From the human T2T-CHM13v2.0 reference genome, Homo sapiens: DNA of 64,000 nt. Both the position numbers and the translations under genes were made by a program. The stretch is taken from assembly GCF_009914755.1 (NCBI RefSeq), contig NC_060947.1; one strand, given 5' to 3'. Below the pieces are notes generated by a model that was not told the origin of the DNA, did not search any database, and saw nothing but the letters and a program-made list of their open reading frames with translations. Below are positions 14,640-28,690 of this stretch, piece after piece. Numbering within the stretch: the first letter of the stretch is position 1; each line of letters starts with the position of its first letter.

Positions 14640-14870
14640 CCTTAACTGAGCCATTATCGTGTTTAAGCAACCCGCTAAGCTCCCCACATATATTGTGTCA
14701 GATAATCCTCATAACAACCCTGTGACATAGACACTATTCTTATCCTATTTTATACATCAGAAATGTATGGAGCAGAAGATTTAAGAGACTTGCTCAAGGG
14801 CACATAGATAGCAGAAAGGCCAGAATTCCAAAACGGGTTGGAACTCTAGAGCCTGTGCTTATAAGCAATT
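14640..14870 (-). mobile_element. MIR SINE
   Basis: aatcctcataacaaccctgtga...cctattttataca...gacttgctcaagggcaca. Confidence 0.7.
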
Positions 14871-15534
14871 ACTTAAAACAGTTTGTATCTGAGATTGTAC
14901 TAAAAGTCATAGGAAATTTAACAGCTCCTGACCAATTCCTATAGAATGTCAATGGAAGTACAATTTCAACCTCTGGATAAGGACAGGGTGGATCTATTGG
15001 GGTTAGAGAAACTCTATCCTTTGTCAAAACCAGAAAAGTCCTCAGAGTTGGGGTGAGATTTCAGCGACCCTCTCTGTGGAATGGCGTTAGTGTTTCTGTT
15101 TAAGTCTAGGGTGAAGGTAAACTGAAAGGGAAATGTCCATATGACCCAGTGAGAAGGGAATACCTGGATCATTTGCCAAAAATTACTCATGAGTAAAGTG
15201 GAGGAGAAACCTCAAAAAGCAGAAAGCGTTATTTCTACTTTAGTGCAAAACTGGTAGGTGTATATAGAAGCACAGTAATCACTGGCTATCCAAGAAACCT
15301 CAACGGTCCTTAGGGGATGGTGTGGGTGGCCTAGAATGCTTGGAGAAAACACTGACTATAAGAAGACAAACCAGAGGGGGAAGAACTTCCCAAGAGTGGA
15401 ATGAACATCCCAAAAGATGGTAATGAAACTGACATCATTGGAGTAGCCCGCAGAGCCTCATAATGTCTCAATGTGAAATGCTGGGAGAAAGTACACCATG
15501 GTGGCGATATAAGTTTATTCAAATATTTTTGTTA

Positions 15535-15675
15535 ATTTATTTTAGAGAGAGTCTGTTACTCAGGCTGTAGTACAGTGGCACAATCATGGCTCGTGGCAGC
15601 CTTGAATTCCTGGGCTCAAGTGACCCTCCTGCCTCAGCCTCCCAAAGCACAGGGATTACAGGCATGAGCCACCAT
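15535..15675 (-). mobile_element. Alu monomer (FLAM_C-like)
   Basis: cagccttgaattcctgggctcaagtgaccctcctgcctcagcctcccaaagc. Confidence 0.8.
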
Positions 15676-15797
15676 TTTATAAGTTTAAGTTTGTATTTGT
15701 AGCATATACACAGAGTGGCTGAGTTTCTTTGCCTTTATCAAGCCTGGCTTTGGATACTGTGGGACCAGCTATTTTCAAGGAAGTTGAGATAAATCTG

Positions 15798-16105
15798 TTT
15801 TTTTTGTTTTGTTTTGTTTTGTTTGAGACAGAGCCTTGCTCTGTCACCCAGGCTGGAATGCAGTGGTGGATTTGGGCTCACTGCAGCCTCTGCCTCCTGG
15901 GTTCAAGGGATTCTCCTGCCTCAGCCTCCCGAGTAGCTGGGACTACAAGCGCATGCCACCACGCACAGGTCATTTTTGTATTTTTAATGGAGACAAGGTT
16001 TCACCATGTTGGCCAGGCTGGTCTCGGACTCCTGACCTCAAATGATGTGCCCGCCTTGGACTCCCAAAGTGCTGGGATTACAGACATGAGCCACCGCACC
16101 TGCCC
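15798..16105 (-). mobile_element. AluS (Sx-like)
   Basis: Full dimer with a (TTTTG)n tail; TGAGATAAATCTG repeated at 15785-15797 and 16118-16130. Confidence 0.95.
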
Positions 16106-16179
16106 TGGAAGGTGCAGTGAGATAAATCTGGTAGACTATCCAAAGGGGAAATATTCTCAGGTTTCGGAGAGGAGGCTTG

Positions 16180-16890
16180 AGTCCAGACACATTGAACACC
16201 CACTTTGTGCTCAGCACTATATCAGTCCTGAGCATATAACACAAATAAAACATAGCCCTTTTCTATAAGGAGCTTGTGTGGGAGGCAGAAAAGTAAACAA
16301 ATTGATTACTATGTGTTAGGTTTTAGGAGCAGGCACATCAGATCATATATTCTACACGGTAGCCACCAAGTCTGGAAAATTTACAAATACATAAATGATT
16401 TATTGATATTAAATTACATTAAATGATGAAACAATATCCAAGTTTCCAGATGTTAGGAGCGACTAATAGTTTTAGGATTTCTAGAAAAAGACAACATCTG
16501 AAGTGAGACCTGAAGAACAGGCAGGTCAGAGGGAGTACAAAACACTTGGGCATCTGCAAATTGATTTAATATCGCTAGAACATAATTGGAGGGGCTTGCT
16601 ATAGGGCAGGCACGAAGAAATAAGCAGTGAGGCTGACCAGATAATTTTGCACAATTAAGGAGTCAGGGTTTCATTCTCAAGGGAATGAGATTATAGTACC
16701 AAAGCTCTTACACTTTAGAAAAATGACGGCCACTGAAAGATCGTTGAGAACAAAGTGGAGATAATCACTTGAGACAACTGAGATTAATGCTAGAAATCTC
16801 TCTTTAGGTGCCTGATGTAGTAAACCAAGAACTAAAATAGGAGTAAAGATGGTTAGAAATGGACAGATGTAAGAGATACCATGGAGGTTC
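16180..16890 (-). mobile_element. L2 fragment
   Basis: attgaacacccactttgtgctcagcact...ggagcttg; aaatggacagatgtaagagat. Confidence 0.5.
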
Positions 16891-17634
16891 CCTATAATTA
16901 TTAGACGAATGATTTGATTTCCTCTGAGAATAATTAAGAAGCCTACCTTGAGGATAAAGACTTCTGAAATGAATCACTTTAAGCTGTTAGAGAACTTTAT
17001 TACTTTTAATCTAAAAATGTAAAAGAAAGAGTAATCCACTTCTTGTGATGTGAAGCTAAATAATGTAATTGAATTTCTGCCACCCCCCAATTAAGTCAAC
17101 AGCTAAATATTTCAATTAAGATAAAAAGAAACATGATTTTAAATCAACTTAACAAATTCCCCATGGCAAAAAAAAATGTGGGGGAGGGTAATGCAAAGTG
17201 TAAAGTGTCACCCTCCAAAATATAAATAAATGAAAATCAATTTTTTTATTGATAGGTAGTATTTTAAACATGTTAATCTAAGTATCAAACTCCTATAAAT
17301 TTGTAGATACAGATTTGACTAAAGATAAATATGTTATATCGAACAACTGTTTATAGCACCTCAATGCCCCAATCTGATTTACGATTACCTGAAATTTTAG
17401 AAGATATAATGCTTCAACATAACGCTAAATTTAATACTGAATAATTTCTACAGTTCAGCTCATTTGTCTGAATTGTTCATCATTATTTGTTCTCATTTTA
17501 CTTACCATTTTTCAATGAGAGTGATACTTCTTTTTCCCTGTCTTTTTTCCATGGAGGGTACTGAAATAAATTCTACAGTTCCCTGAAAACAAATCATTTC
17601 TGCAAGTATCAAGAAAAATATATGTGTTACCTAC

Positions 17635-17807
17635 CCTTGTCGGTCCTTGTACATTTTGTTAACTTTTTCCCATTGGAAATCAAGCTGGGAGAGAGCTTCC
17701 TGTAGCTTCACCCTTTCCACAGGCGTTGCACTTTGCAATGCTGCTGTCTTCTTGCTATGAATAATGTCAATCCGACCTGAGCTTTGTTGTAGACTATCTT
17801 TTATATT
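17635..17807 (-). CDS. DMD: Dystrophin exon 43 (173 nt, phase 0 to 2), spectrin-like repeat 16 region
   Basis: Minus strand reads ttttatattacag|AATATAAAAGATAGT...GACCGACAAGG|gtaggtaac and translates as NIKDSLQQSSGRIDIIHSKKTAALQSATPVERVKLQEALSQLDFQWEKVNKMYKDRQG, recognised dystrophin sequence. It has canonical AG/GT ends and continues in frame from exon 42. Confidence 0.98.
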
Positions 17808-18019
17808 CTGTAATATAAAAATTTTAAAACAGTAAAAAAATGAATTAGCTGTCTATAGAAAGAGAAAAATATATATATATATATACAAATCCCAAAGGTA
17901 GCAAATGGTGTTGCAATTCTTAATTATTGACTTTTTAAAGTTAATAACCATTAAGTCCAGTGACTTTGACATGTTCAAATTCAATAGGTAAATCACAGAC
18001 CTCATCCTGAGAGAGTGGA

Positions 18020-18758
18020 TCGCTCCCTACATCTTAAAACTGCCTTCATTTGGCTTCTGTATCCTGACCTCTTCTGCTTTCCTTTGCTGGATCCTTCTCA
18101 TCCTGATCTTAATATTAGAGTGCTCTGACTCAGTATTTGCACTTCTTTTCTTCTCTGTCCATAATCCATCCCATTTGTTCTCATAATTTTAAATATCTTA
18201 TATAAGACAATGACACCCAAATGTGTATCTCAAGCCCGGACATCTCCTCCGAACTCCAGTCTAACAAATGCTAATTTCTCAACACTTGGAGGTCTCACGA
18301 GACTTTCAAACTTAATATGACGCAAACAAAATTCTGAACTGCATTTCCTAATCCTTCTCATCCCATAGATTCCCTCATTTCAGTAAATGGCAATTACTGA
18401 TTTCAATTGAATTATAGTAATTCAATTAACAATTACTCAGATTGACAACTTTGGAGCCATCCTTAATTTTTTCAGTCTCCAGTATTCAAATTATTGGGCA
18501 AATGTTTTGGCTTGACTTTCAGGACATATGCAGAATTTGACTGCTTCTCACTACCTTTCTTGCTACAGATCTGATAGAAGCTATTATTGTCTCTCATCTG
18601 GGTTATAGAACTACCTATCTAAATGGTCCTCTTGCTTCCGCTCTTTCCCCCCTACTGGATAATTCTCCACACAAGAGCCGAAAAGATTCTTTTAAAACAT
18701 AATTGGGATCATATCACTCCTCTGCTCAAAATCTTCTGGTGGCTCTTCATCACAGAGT
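18020..18758 (+). mobile_element. L2, 5' part (split by the MER41 insertion)
   Basis: atgacacccaaatgtgtatctcaagcccggacatctcctccgaactccag...atcactcctctgctcaaaatc. Confidence 0.8.
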
Positions 18759-19525
18759 TCAATCACAGCCAATTTCAAAAGCCTACATGAAAAATAATTA
18801 TTCTTGCAACACTTTATACAAATAATCAGGCCAAGTATAATAAAGCAAATCAGTCCTATGATGATCCATCTTTAGTAAAAATGGGAGACTGGAGAGAGAA
18901 AAAAATTATGTTTTAAGAACTATGGTACACCTGTTATTAGTCTCGTCAGCTGTTTTTGAGTTTTTTCCTGCAATATAGACTGATCCTGCTTATTCCTGTG
19001 AACCTGCCAGTGATCTCTGACTGCACCTCAGAAGAAACAAGAAGGATGGGTAATATAAAAACCTGGATCAGTATTCTAATTCTGGGCATGTATTGGAATC
19101 AGCTAGCAGCCCCACATCACTTTGGTTCCAACAGCTGCCCAGTTCACGGAAAGCCTTCTAATTTAGTTTACTTGGGATAATTTTACTTATTGTGTTTTAC
19201 TGTTGTGGAATATATTTGCTGTTTTACTTTTTGTATAGGAATGCAGAATAAGCTTACTCAATGTTTTCTTAGATTGAAAACTTACTAATCTTCCAGATAT
19301 CACCATTTATCAGTTATGAATGGCCCTCACCAAGCTGATGCTTGCTGACTGAGCTCCTCTCTACCCTGAATACAAGAGACCCTAATAGTTAGGCAGAAAT
19401 ATCATCACCCATATTCAGCCTGAAGAAGTTACAGAAGATGTATTACCCTTCTACTACTTAATCCTAAGGGTAACTCTACTACCCTTAGGATTAAGGGTTC
19501 CCTTGTAAAAGAAAGAGGGGAAATA
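18759..19525 (+). mobile_element. ERV1 internal 3' fragment (MER41-int/MER4 group)
   Basis: aataatcaggccaagtataataaagcaaatcagtc...; ends in the polypurine tract aaaagaaagaggggaaata immediately before the LTR TG. Confidence 0.75.
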
Positions 19526-20072
19526 TGTCAGAGGCGTTCGAACTAGAACAACTCCATCTTGAATAGGGGCTGGGTAAAATAAGGCTGAGACCTACTGGGC
19601 TGCGTTCCCAGGAGGTTGGGCATTCTTAGTCACAGGATGAGATAAGAGGCCAGAACAAGATACGGGTCACAAAGACCTTGCTGATAAAGCAGGTTGCTGT
19701 AAATAAGCTAGTCAAAACCCACCAAAACCAAGCTGGTGAAAAAAGTGACCTCTGGTCCTTCTCACTGCTCATTATACACTAATTATAATGCATTAGCAGG
19801 CTAAAAGACACTCCTAGCAGTGCCATGACAGGTTACAAATGCATGGCAATGTCAAGAAGTTACCCAATATGGTCTAAAATGGGAGAAACCCTCAGTTCTA
19901 GGAATTGCTGACTCCTTTTCCCAGAAAACTCATGAATAATCCACCCCTTGTTTAGCATATAATCAAGAAATAACTACAAGTATCCTGAGTCAAGCAGCCC
20001 ATGCCACTGCACTGCCTATGGAGTGGCCATTCTTTATTCCTTTACTTTCTTAATAAACTTGCTTTTACTTTT
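19526..20072 (+). mobile_element. MER41B-like LTR, 3'-truncated
   Basis: Starts tgtcagaggcgttcgaac...ctccatcttgaataggggctgggtaaaataaggctgagacc; contains the segment with tandem GAS motifs; AATAAA at 20052-20057. Confidence 0.9.
19896..19926. promoter_or_regulatory. Tandem GAS (STAT) motifs in the MER41B-like LTR
   Basis: TTCTAGGAA at 19896-19904 and TTCCCAGAA at 19918-19926 both fit TTCN3GAA; activity is not shown by sequence alone. Confidence 0.55.
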
Positions 20073-20076
20073 TTTA

Positions 20077-20580
20077 AAAAAGCATAATCTTCACTATGAC
20101 CTATAAATCTCTACATGACTTGGTTGTATACTACCTACCATTCCAAGCTCATCTCTTCCCAGTCTCTTCATAGTCCACAACACTTCACCCTCATTAGGTT
20201 TATTGCATTACTTGAGTATAACAACTACATTCTTGCTTCAAGATTTCTGCCCTTGCTGTTCTACCTGCCAAAAATAGTTTTCCTAACCCACATTTCTATC
20301 AGTGGTTCCCTTACTTCTTTCTCACGTTAAAGGGGCCTTCTCTACTACTCTATTTTAAATAGCACCAGCAATCACTCTTTATTCCTGGCATTACTCTTCC
20401 CTTTTCTTTATAGTACTTATTACTAACATTAAAATATATATCAAGTAGCCTGTATATACCACTAATTTGAAATCTATGACTACAGGGATGTTGTTATCTG
20501 TTGGGCTTCCAAAGCTCAAACCTGTGCTTGGCACATGATAGATGGCAAAAGCTTTTTTGTTGAATAAATGAATAGATGGT
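20077..20580 (+). mobile_element. L2 3' part
   Basis: gtgcttggcacatgatag...ttgttgaataaatgaat L2 tail. Confidence 0.8.
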
Positions 20581-21309
20581 CCCATAAATTTAATCCATAA
20601 TGTTTTGTTTATATTCTATTTAACGGAAAAATCACAAACCACAAATGGGTTATACGGGAAGAAAGAAAAATCTAAACATATTTATTCTCAATAAATTTGC
20701 TAAAAACTACATTCTGGCTATTCTTCCTAGTATGAATTTTGTTATTTTGATCATCTAAATTATACATAAGGTCCACTGAGCAAAATTTATTGAGTTCTTC
20801 CCATGTGTAAGGAGCAATATAGCAGAAACAAAGGTGGGTGAAACACAGTTTAGTTTGCCTTTAAGAAGTTTTAAGTAGGTTTTATTGTAGTAGTAAGAAA
20901 GGATATGGTTTGAAGAATTGAAGAAAAAAATCCAAGTATAGAAGCCTTAGCTGGATGAGAAGAAGGAAGAAATGAGTGTTCCAAGTGGTACCAAACATTT
21001 TCTAGAAGTTAGAGAAAAAATGTATCATATATTTGGTCATAGGCTCAGGAAAGAATTCACGAAGAAGGTGCAAATTGCAGTAGACATATCTGAGTAGTAG
21101 AAGTGGGAAGAACATTAGAGCTAGTAGGTAACACACACGCAAAGCTAGGTAACAAGCGCAGTCATATTTGGCTGCCTCTTCAGTAACATAGAAGCTTAGG
21201 GGAAGATGGGGCATGAAACAGAGGCTGAGGATGTTCAATAATGTGCTTTGAATCTCAACAGAAAATTCTGCCTGTACTTCAGTAGGTAATGGGGAACTAT
21301 GATTTTTAA

Positions 21310-21620
21310 AAAGTTATCATTATGTAAGATTTCAAATATATTTGAAAGTAGGAAAATAATACAAATAGCTCCCATAACCCTATAATCCAGTGCCAACTGT
21401 TATGACTCCATGGACAATCCACCCACTCACCTCTTCAACTAGATTATTCTGAAACAAACTGATATATTATTTTCTCCATAAATACTTCAGCATTTTTCTC
21501 TTGCTGAAATATTCTCTCATGAGAACTTTTTTCGGAAAGTACATATATAATACCATTAACACACCTACAGTCTTAACAAAAGTTCATTAATTGAATCAAG
21601 TATCTAGTTGCTATTCACAT
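21310..21620 (-). mobile_element. Ancient L1M 3' fragment
   Basis: gattattctgaaacaaac...ataaatacttcagcat...aataccattaacacacct. Confidence 0.5.
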
Positions 21621-22410
21621 TTGAGCTGAAGTGGGAAGGAAGTTTAGGAAAACAGCTCAGCAGAATTCAGTGACTGTGTGTTGGGTGAAGAAGAGGAAGA
21701 ACTTGAATGAGTCTTAGGTATCTGGCCTGGGCATCCACATGATTTGTGGTGTCATTGGGTAACAGGATTTCAGACAGATGAAGAGGTTCCATGGTTACAT
21801 GCTTGTGTATGTGTGCATAAGTGATCAGTTCAATTTTGGACATGGTCATTCTGAAAAGCCTTTGAGGCATCAAACTGTAGATGTTCCAGAGGCAGTTGAA
21901 ATCAGATTTTGAGAAGAGGAGTAAGATGGCAGGGATTGCTGAGCCATACATATTTTCACATTTGGATACATGGACTAGGCTTTCTGAGCAAAGAGTTGTA
22001 GTAACTGTCTTAAAGGGTGACTGAATGGCAAGCGTACCTTGGAGTTTAGTGCATTGCTCTGGAGAGTTTTAAAAACTTTTATCTCCAAGAGCCCTTTGAT
22101 TACATTTCAACTTATATTCCAAAAATAATAGACCTAGATCATTGGTTTATAGCCCAGAGCAAAGTCTCTGTCTTCCTGTATGTCTGTCTCTCTCACTTTC
22201 TCTCCTCCTGATACATCAGGTGCTCTATATAATCTCCAAGATCCACAATTCTGGGATTTCTCTCCTGTACTACAACCCCTGCACTCACAGATAAACATCT
22301 TGCCCTGAGATGCTTTTGAGTAATTAATGATGTATTCTCTCATCCAGAGATCTTATGTTTCCTGACTAGATAAATATAAATTTTAACAAATATCAACAAA
22401 GGGAATATTC

Positions 22411-22680
22411 TTTTTTTTTTTTTTTTTTTGAGATGGAGTCTAGCTCTGTCACCCAGGCTGGAGTGCAGTGGCCTGATCTAGGCTCACTGCAAGCTCCGCC
22501 TCCCGGGTTTACTTACACCATTCTCTTGCCTCAGCCTCCTCCCGAGTAGCTGGGACTACAGGCGCCCACCACCACGCCTGGCTAATTTTTTGTATCTTTA
22601 GTAGAGACGGGGTTTCACCGTGTTAGCCAGGATGGTCTCGATCTCCTGACCTCGTGATCCACCCGCCTCAGCCTCCCAAA
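22411..22680 (-). mobile_element. AluY-like, 5'-truncated by about 35 nt
   Basis: Y-type diagnostics (gcaagctccgcc, gtgttagccaggatggtctcgatctcctgacctcgtg); T19 tail; TSD AACAAAGGGAATATTCT at 22395-22411 and 22680-22696. Confidence 0.95.
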
Positions 22681-23824
22681 ACAAAGGGAATATTCTTGCC
22701 TATTTTCAGTCAAAATTGGGAAGCATTTTAATCATTTGTAAGTTGGAGACTGTGTTAGATAGGGAGTGACTGCTGCTGATCGTACAGCTTTCCAGATGAC
22801 GGGCTCTGAAGAAAACTTCACAATCAGAGAGGGAAACAGGAAAGAAGTTAACAATAAAACTTAGAGGATTTTCTGCCTTATTCTAAGATTTCACGTTTGT
22901 GGTCCACGAGGACTTGCCTTGAGCAAGAACTAAGCTGAAGAGGCAGGTGAGACTACAGATAATGTCAGTTGTAAAAGGTAAAAGTCAATGCTTACAATGG
23001 GAACCTTATAAAAAGCAACTGTGTTCTCGTGTCTTATTTATCAGCTCAGCAACAGGATAAGATACAATGGTTATGGGTGATGTGAGTGAATTTCAGAGAA
23101 AGAAGGTGTTTTTAAAATAAAATTTCAAGGCATTCTCTTCCAGTCTATGTACACCTTGTGATGGAAAGCTTTCATTATTTCTTTTGTTTCGCACCTCAAT
23201 TTAACTCTGTGGAAAAAGTACTTATCTGACAGGTCAGGTATTACCATACAAAAGAAAGAACAAGCCAACACAGAAACAATCTGAGAATTTACTTATCTGG
23301 AGGAATGCAGGTTAAAACTGTCTTTTAGCAATTTCACATAGAGAATTGATAGTCATTGGAATGTGTGTGATGTTGAATAAGACTAGGGATGGTCAGATTG
23401 CTCAGGAAAGGTGTTTAGGGTGAAAAGAGTGAGAAGAAAGGTAGCATAAAGATGAACCTATGTGGAAAGCATGGGCAGAGGAAGGAGATGAGTATCCCTA
23501 AAGAATAATAGTCATCAGACCCAGGAAGAGAACCAGAAGGAGGGAGGGAGTTGTCAACAAGTCAGATGCAGCCAGGACCAGGAGGGAAAAGTCAACTCGG
23601 GCAATTTAGGAGGTCACTGGTGATCTTATCGAGAGCAACAACAGCATGTTGGAAGTGGAAAACATAAATGTAGGCAGACCAGACTGTCTTTTGCTGTCAT
23701 CATCTTTCACTATAAAATAGAAAATAGCTTTGTACGACATTGCAGTATGCTGTATTTGACATCAGAGGCTTGCTTATTGAAGAAAAGTTTCATATTGATA
23801 AAAACAAAACTCATAATAAAACAG

Positions 23825-23962
23825 AAACTGTTGGATACTATGCTCACTGCCTGGGTGATGGGGTCATTCATATCCCAAATCTCAGCATCAAACAATATAT
23901 CCATGTAACAAACCTGCACATGTATTCCTGAATCTAAAATACACTTGAAATTATAATAAAAG
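23825..23962 (+). mobile_element. L1 3' end (L1PB/old L1PA-like)
   Basis: tactatgctcactgcctgggtgatggg...ccatgtaacaaacctgcacatgta...tctaaaata. Confidence 0.8.
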
Positions 23963-26221
23963 AGATACAATGGATGTAATACCTGTTATTAATGCCCTAA
24001 AAGCCATTGAACTCAAGCGTATCTCTAGTATTATTTCTTTACTTTTATTTACCTGGTAGAATTTTACTACCATCTTCTGATGGCTCCAAGCCTGGAGTCT
24101 TGGGTGGAATGTTTAGGGCTACTCCGCTAGCCTGATTAGGTCAGGTACCAGAAACGTGCACCAACATATCTTCTTGGCTGCTTCTGTTAACTTGCCTGAC
24201 CTGGGCAGCCTGATTTCACAAGTACTTGATTCAACTCTGAATTCTTTTAAGTCACTGACTCCATCATTCTTGCTTGGCTGCCAGTCCAATGGCAAAGATA
24301 CATAACTCTGCCAAGTCCTCCACCTGATACCAAGACTCCAGCTGAATGAAAGGCTGATTACTTAAATTCACATTGGGCAACCAATCACATTTGTTAGTAC
24401 ATAGCAGGCCCAAACCCTTTAAATGCATAGCTGTAAGCACCCATGGAGAAAAACATTCAAGGGAAGAGATAAAGGATCTTCCCCATCAGCATATAAAAGT
24501 TATCCAGTTATGGCTTTGATATGGTATGCGTGTGTTTGTGCGTATGTGTGTGTATGTATACTCTCTGAGGATTTGAGCTTGCAAAGCTTCCTGATTTTAA
24601 TCTGAGTCTCTGGGGAGCTACCAATTCTTTGGAATGCTGTAGCATTGCTCAGCATCAAGTTATGAACGGTTTTAGCAATGCTGTACAGCATGTTACTAAC
24701 GCGGGAAAACTTTCTATCTTAAAGGAGAAAAGCAAAAAGCAAAAACTGGGGCAGGGGATGTCACACTCCCTGGATATCTAGATAATAGCTCCTTGGTGCA
24801 TTCTCAGAGAATGCTGTCAAAATTGGCTGGAGTCCAGGAAATACATCCTTTTTAAAGTCCCTGCACATATTCGTGTCCTCAAGGCACTGCACACAGAAAA
24901 ATGGTATGTGCACCAAAGAAAATGCTGTAGCACTTTCCATAGTTTAAAGTCAGAGATGAGATCTCTGATAGTATTTTACTATTTTAGTTTGTCTAGAAAT
25001 AAGTGATCTTTATAGTTTCTGACCCTCTAAAAAGGAAGCCATAGTCCCTTGTAGTTGCTATGGCGATATAAACATCCCTAGAATCACTATAGAATATAGC
25101 ATTTCTATTTCTCTCCCTGAATAGTTCCTTATCTTATCTGAAAATATGATGTCAAAATGATAAAGTACCAACTTTTTAGTCAAATCCCTTCTTAATTTTG
25201 ACATGCCCCTATGAATTGACCACTTCACTATTCCGCTGAAATTCTGTAAGATGTTTATTTTTGGCCACTCTTTCTGCAAAAGGAAATTCTAAATATACAT
25301 ACAAATGGAATTTTAATTTCTGAAAGGCATCTGTACACGAATTTATACAACTCGAGTCCTTAATATTTTAAAATAGGATATTTGCATCTCTGATTCACAG
25401 TCTCCAATAAGTTAAAGAAGACCCTGATTATACACTGTGAATAGAGAAAAATTAGATAGCACAGTAACTTTTACAACCGGCAGGTGAAATCCAGATACCT
25501 AAAGTAAGGAAAAGCAGAAATCTATAAGCCATGTGGCTTCAATTCATTTATCTGTTTGAAAAGCTTATTGTTTAAATAAGTGTTTATTGATAATACAGAC
25601 ATAATATCAGCCTCAAATGTGAGATATGAAAATAAAGACTTTAAAATGTGAGTCTCTCCCTTAAGAAGATAATTGGTTTTTAAAGGAGACACATACAGAA
25701 ATAATTTGAACATAAAAATGCTTTGTTTATTCAAGTGTTGTGGAGTATGTGTCTTTAACAGGATAAAAGGAGAAGCCAGAGAATACAGAAAATTTATCTA
25801 GGAAACAAACAAGGGACCTATTTGCCAACTAATCAGTTTAAGATAAAGGTATGAAGCAACCCTTAACTATGCTCCATTCTTAATCATAAGGGATAGACTT
25901 CTACTGTTTAGTTTTTCTTCCATTTAATGTAAAGTGACAACTACTCCCTTGCTGTCAAAGATTTTCATTGCAGAGCCTGCCTTTACCATCTAAATGGTAA
26001 ACTTATGTGTATAAATGTCAAAGTAGATATTGCAGAACCTGAAGAGAACTAGAGTAGGGGAGAGTAATATCTGACAAATTGAACTTACTGTTAATCACTT
26101 TTGATGAAAGTAAACTTAAAATAATTTACTGAAGTTTTAAATATATTTTTGTACCTATAGCAAAGCTCGTTGCTTCCCGAATACTGTGAAAAGTGCCAAA
26201 GTTCTATTATTTAAAATAGCA

Positions 26222-26530
<309 letters not shown>

Positions 26531-27273
26531 TCACTTCCTCTGTCCCGTCTCTGTGGTCATTCAATTCAGCCATTTCTTCATCTTCAACATCCAATTACTA
26601 AATAAGGATGTCTATAATTTACAAGTGTCTTTGCTCCCTTATTTCATACCTAGAAATAAGCTCACATATACCTTCACAAATCTACAACTCTTTCCAAGAT
26701 TTTAAATAATATGTCCACTGTGGGATGTATATACAAACATTAATTGGCTAATTTGTCTTCTGTTTAACAGTTTTTCCTCAGTAATAAAATTTTACAACAG
26801 AAGTTGTGAGTGTTCTCTCAGTCAAAAATTTCAATTAGAAAAAAGTCTTCAAATGAAATAAAATTTCAAATGTATAAAAGCATAAGTTAAAATATAAGAT
26901 AATATGAAATTGTTGTTTCAGGGCATTTTCCCCTGAAAATGACTTCAGTATTTCGATGATATTCTGGTTTGAAATATATTGAACTTTATTTTTTAAAAGA
27001 AGTGATAAAATTGCTTTCTAATGATTTCTCAGTTTTCATTTCTCTGAAGGACTAACATTAGCAGACAGCTGGAAGCACTTATAATTCACATTTTTAACCA
27101 TATTTATTTCCTGAAGGAAATTCCTATTCATTCACTTAGTAATAGCTTCCCCATTTCATCTTTCCCTCCTTGGCAGGATTCAGTACAGTTAGGCACAGTT
27201 TTCATCATACAGACCTAGCCACACTAGTTTTAACTAGTAATACTATCTTCTAGGTTTCTCTCTCTGTGTCTGA

Positions 27274-28690
<1,417 letters not shown>

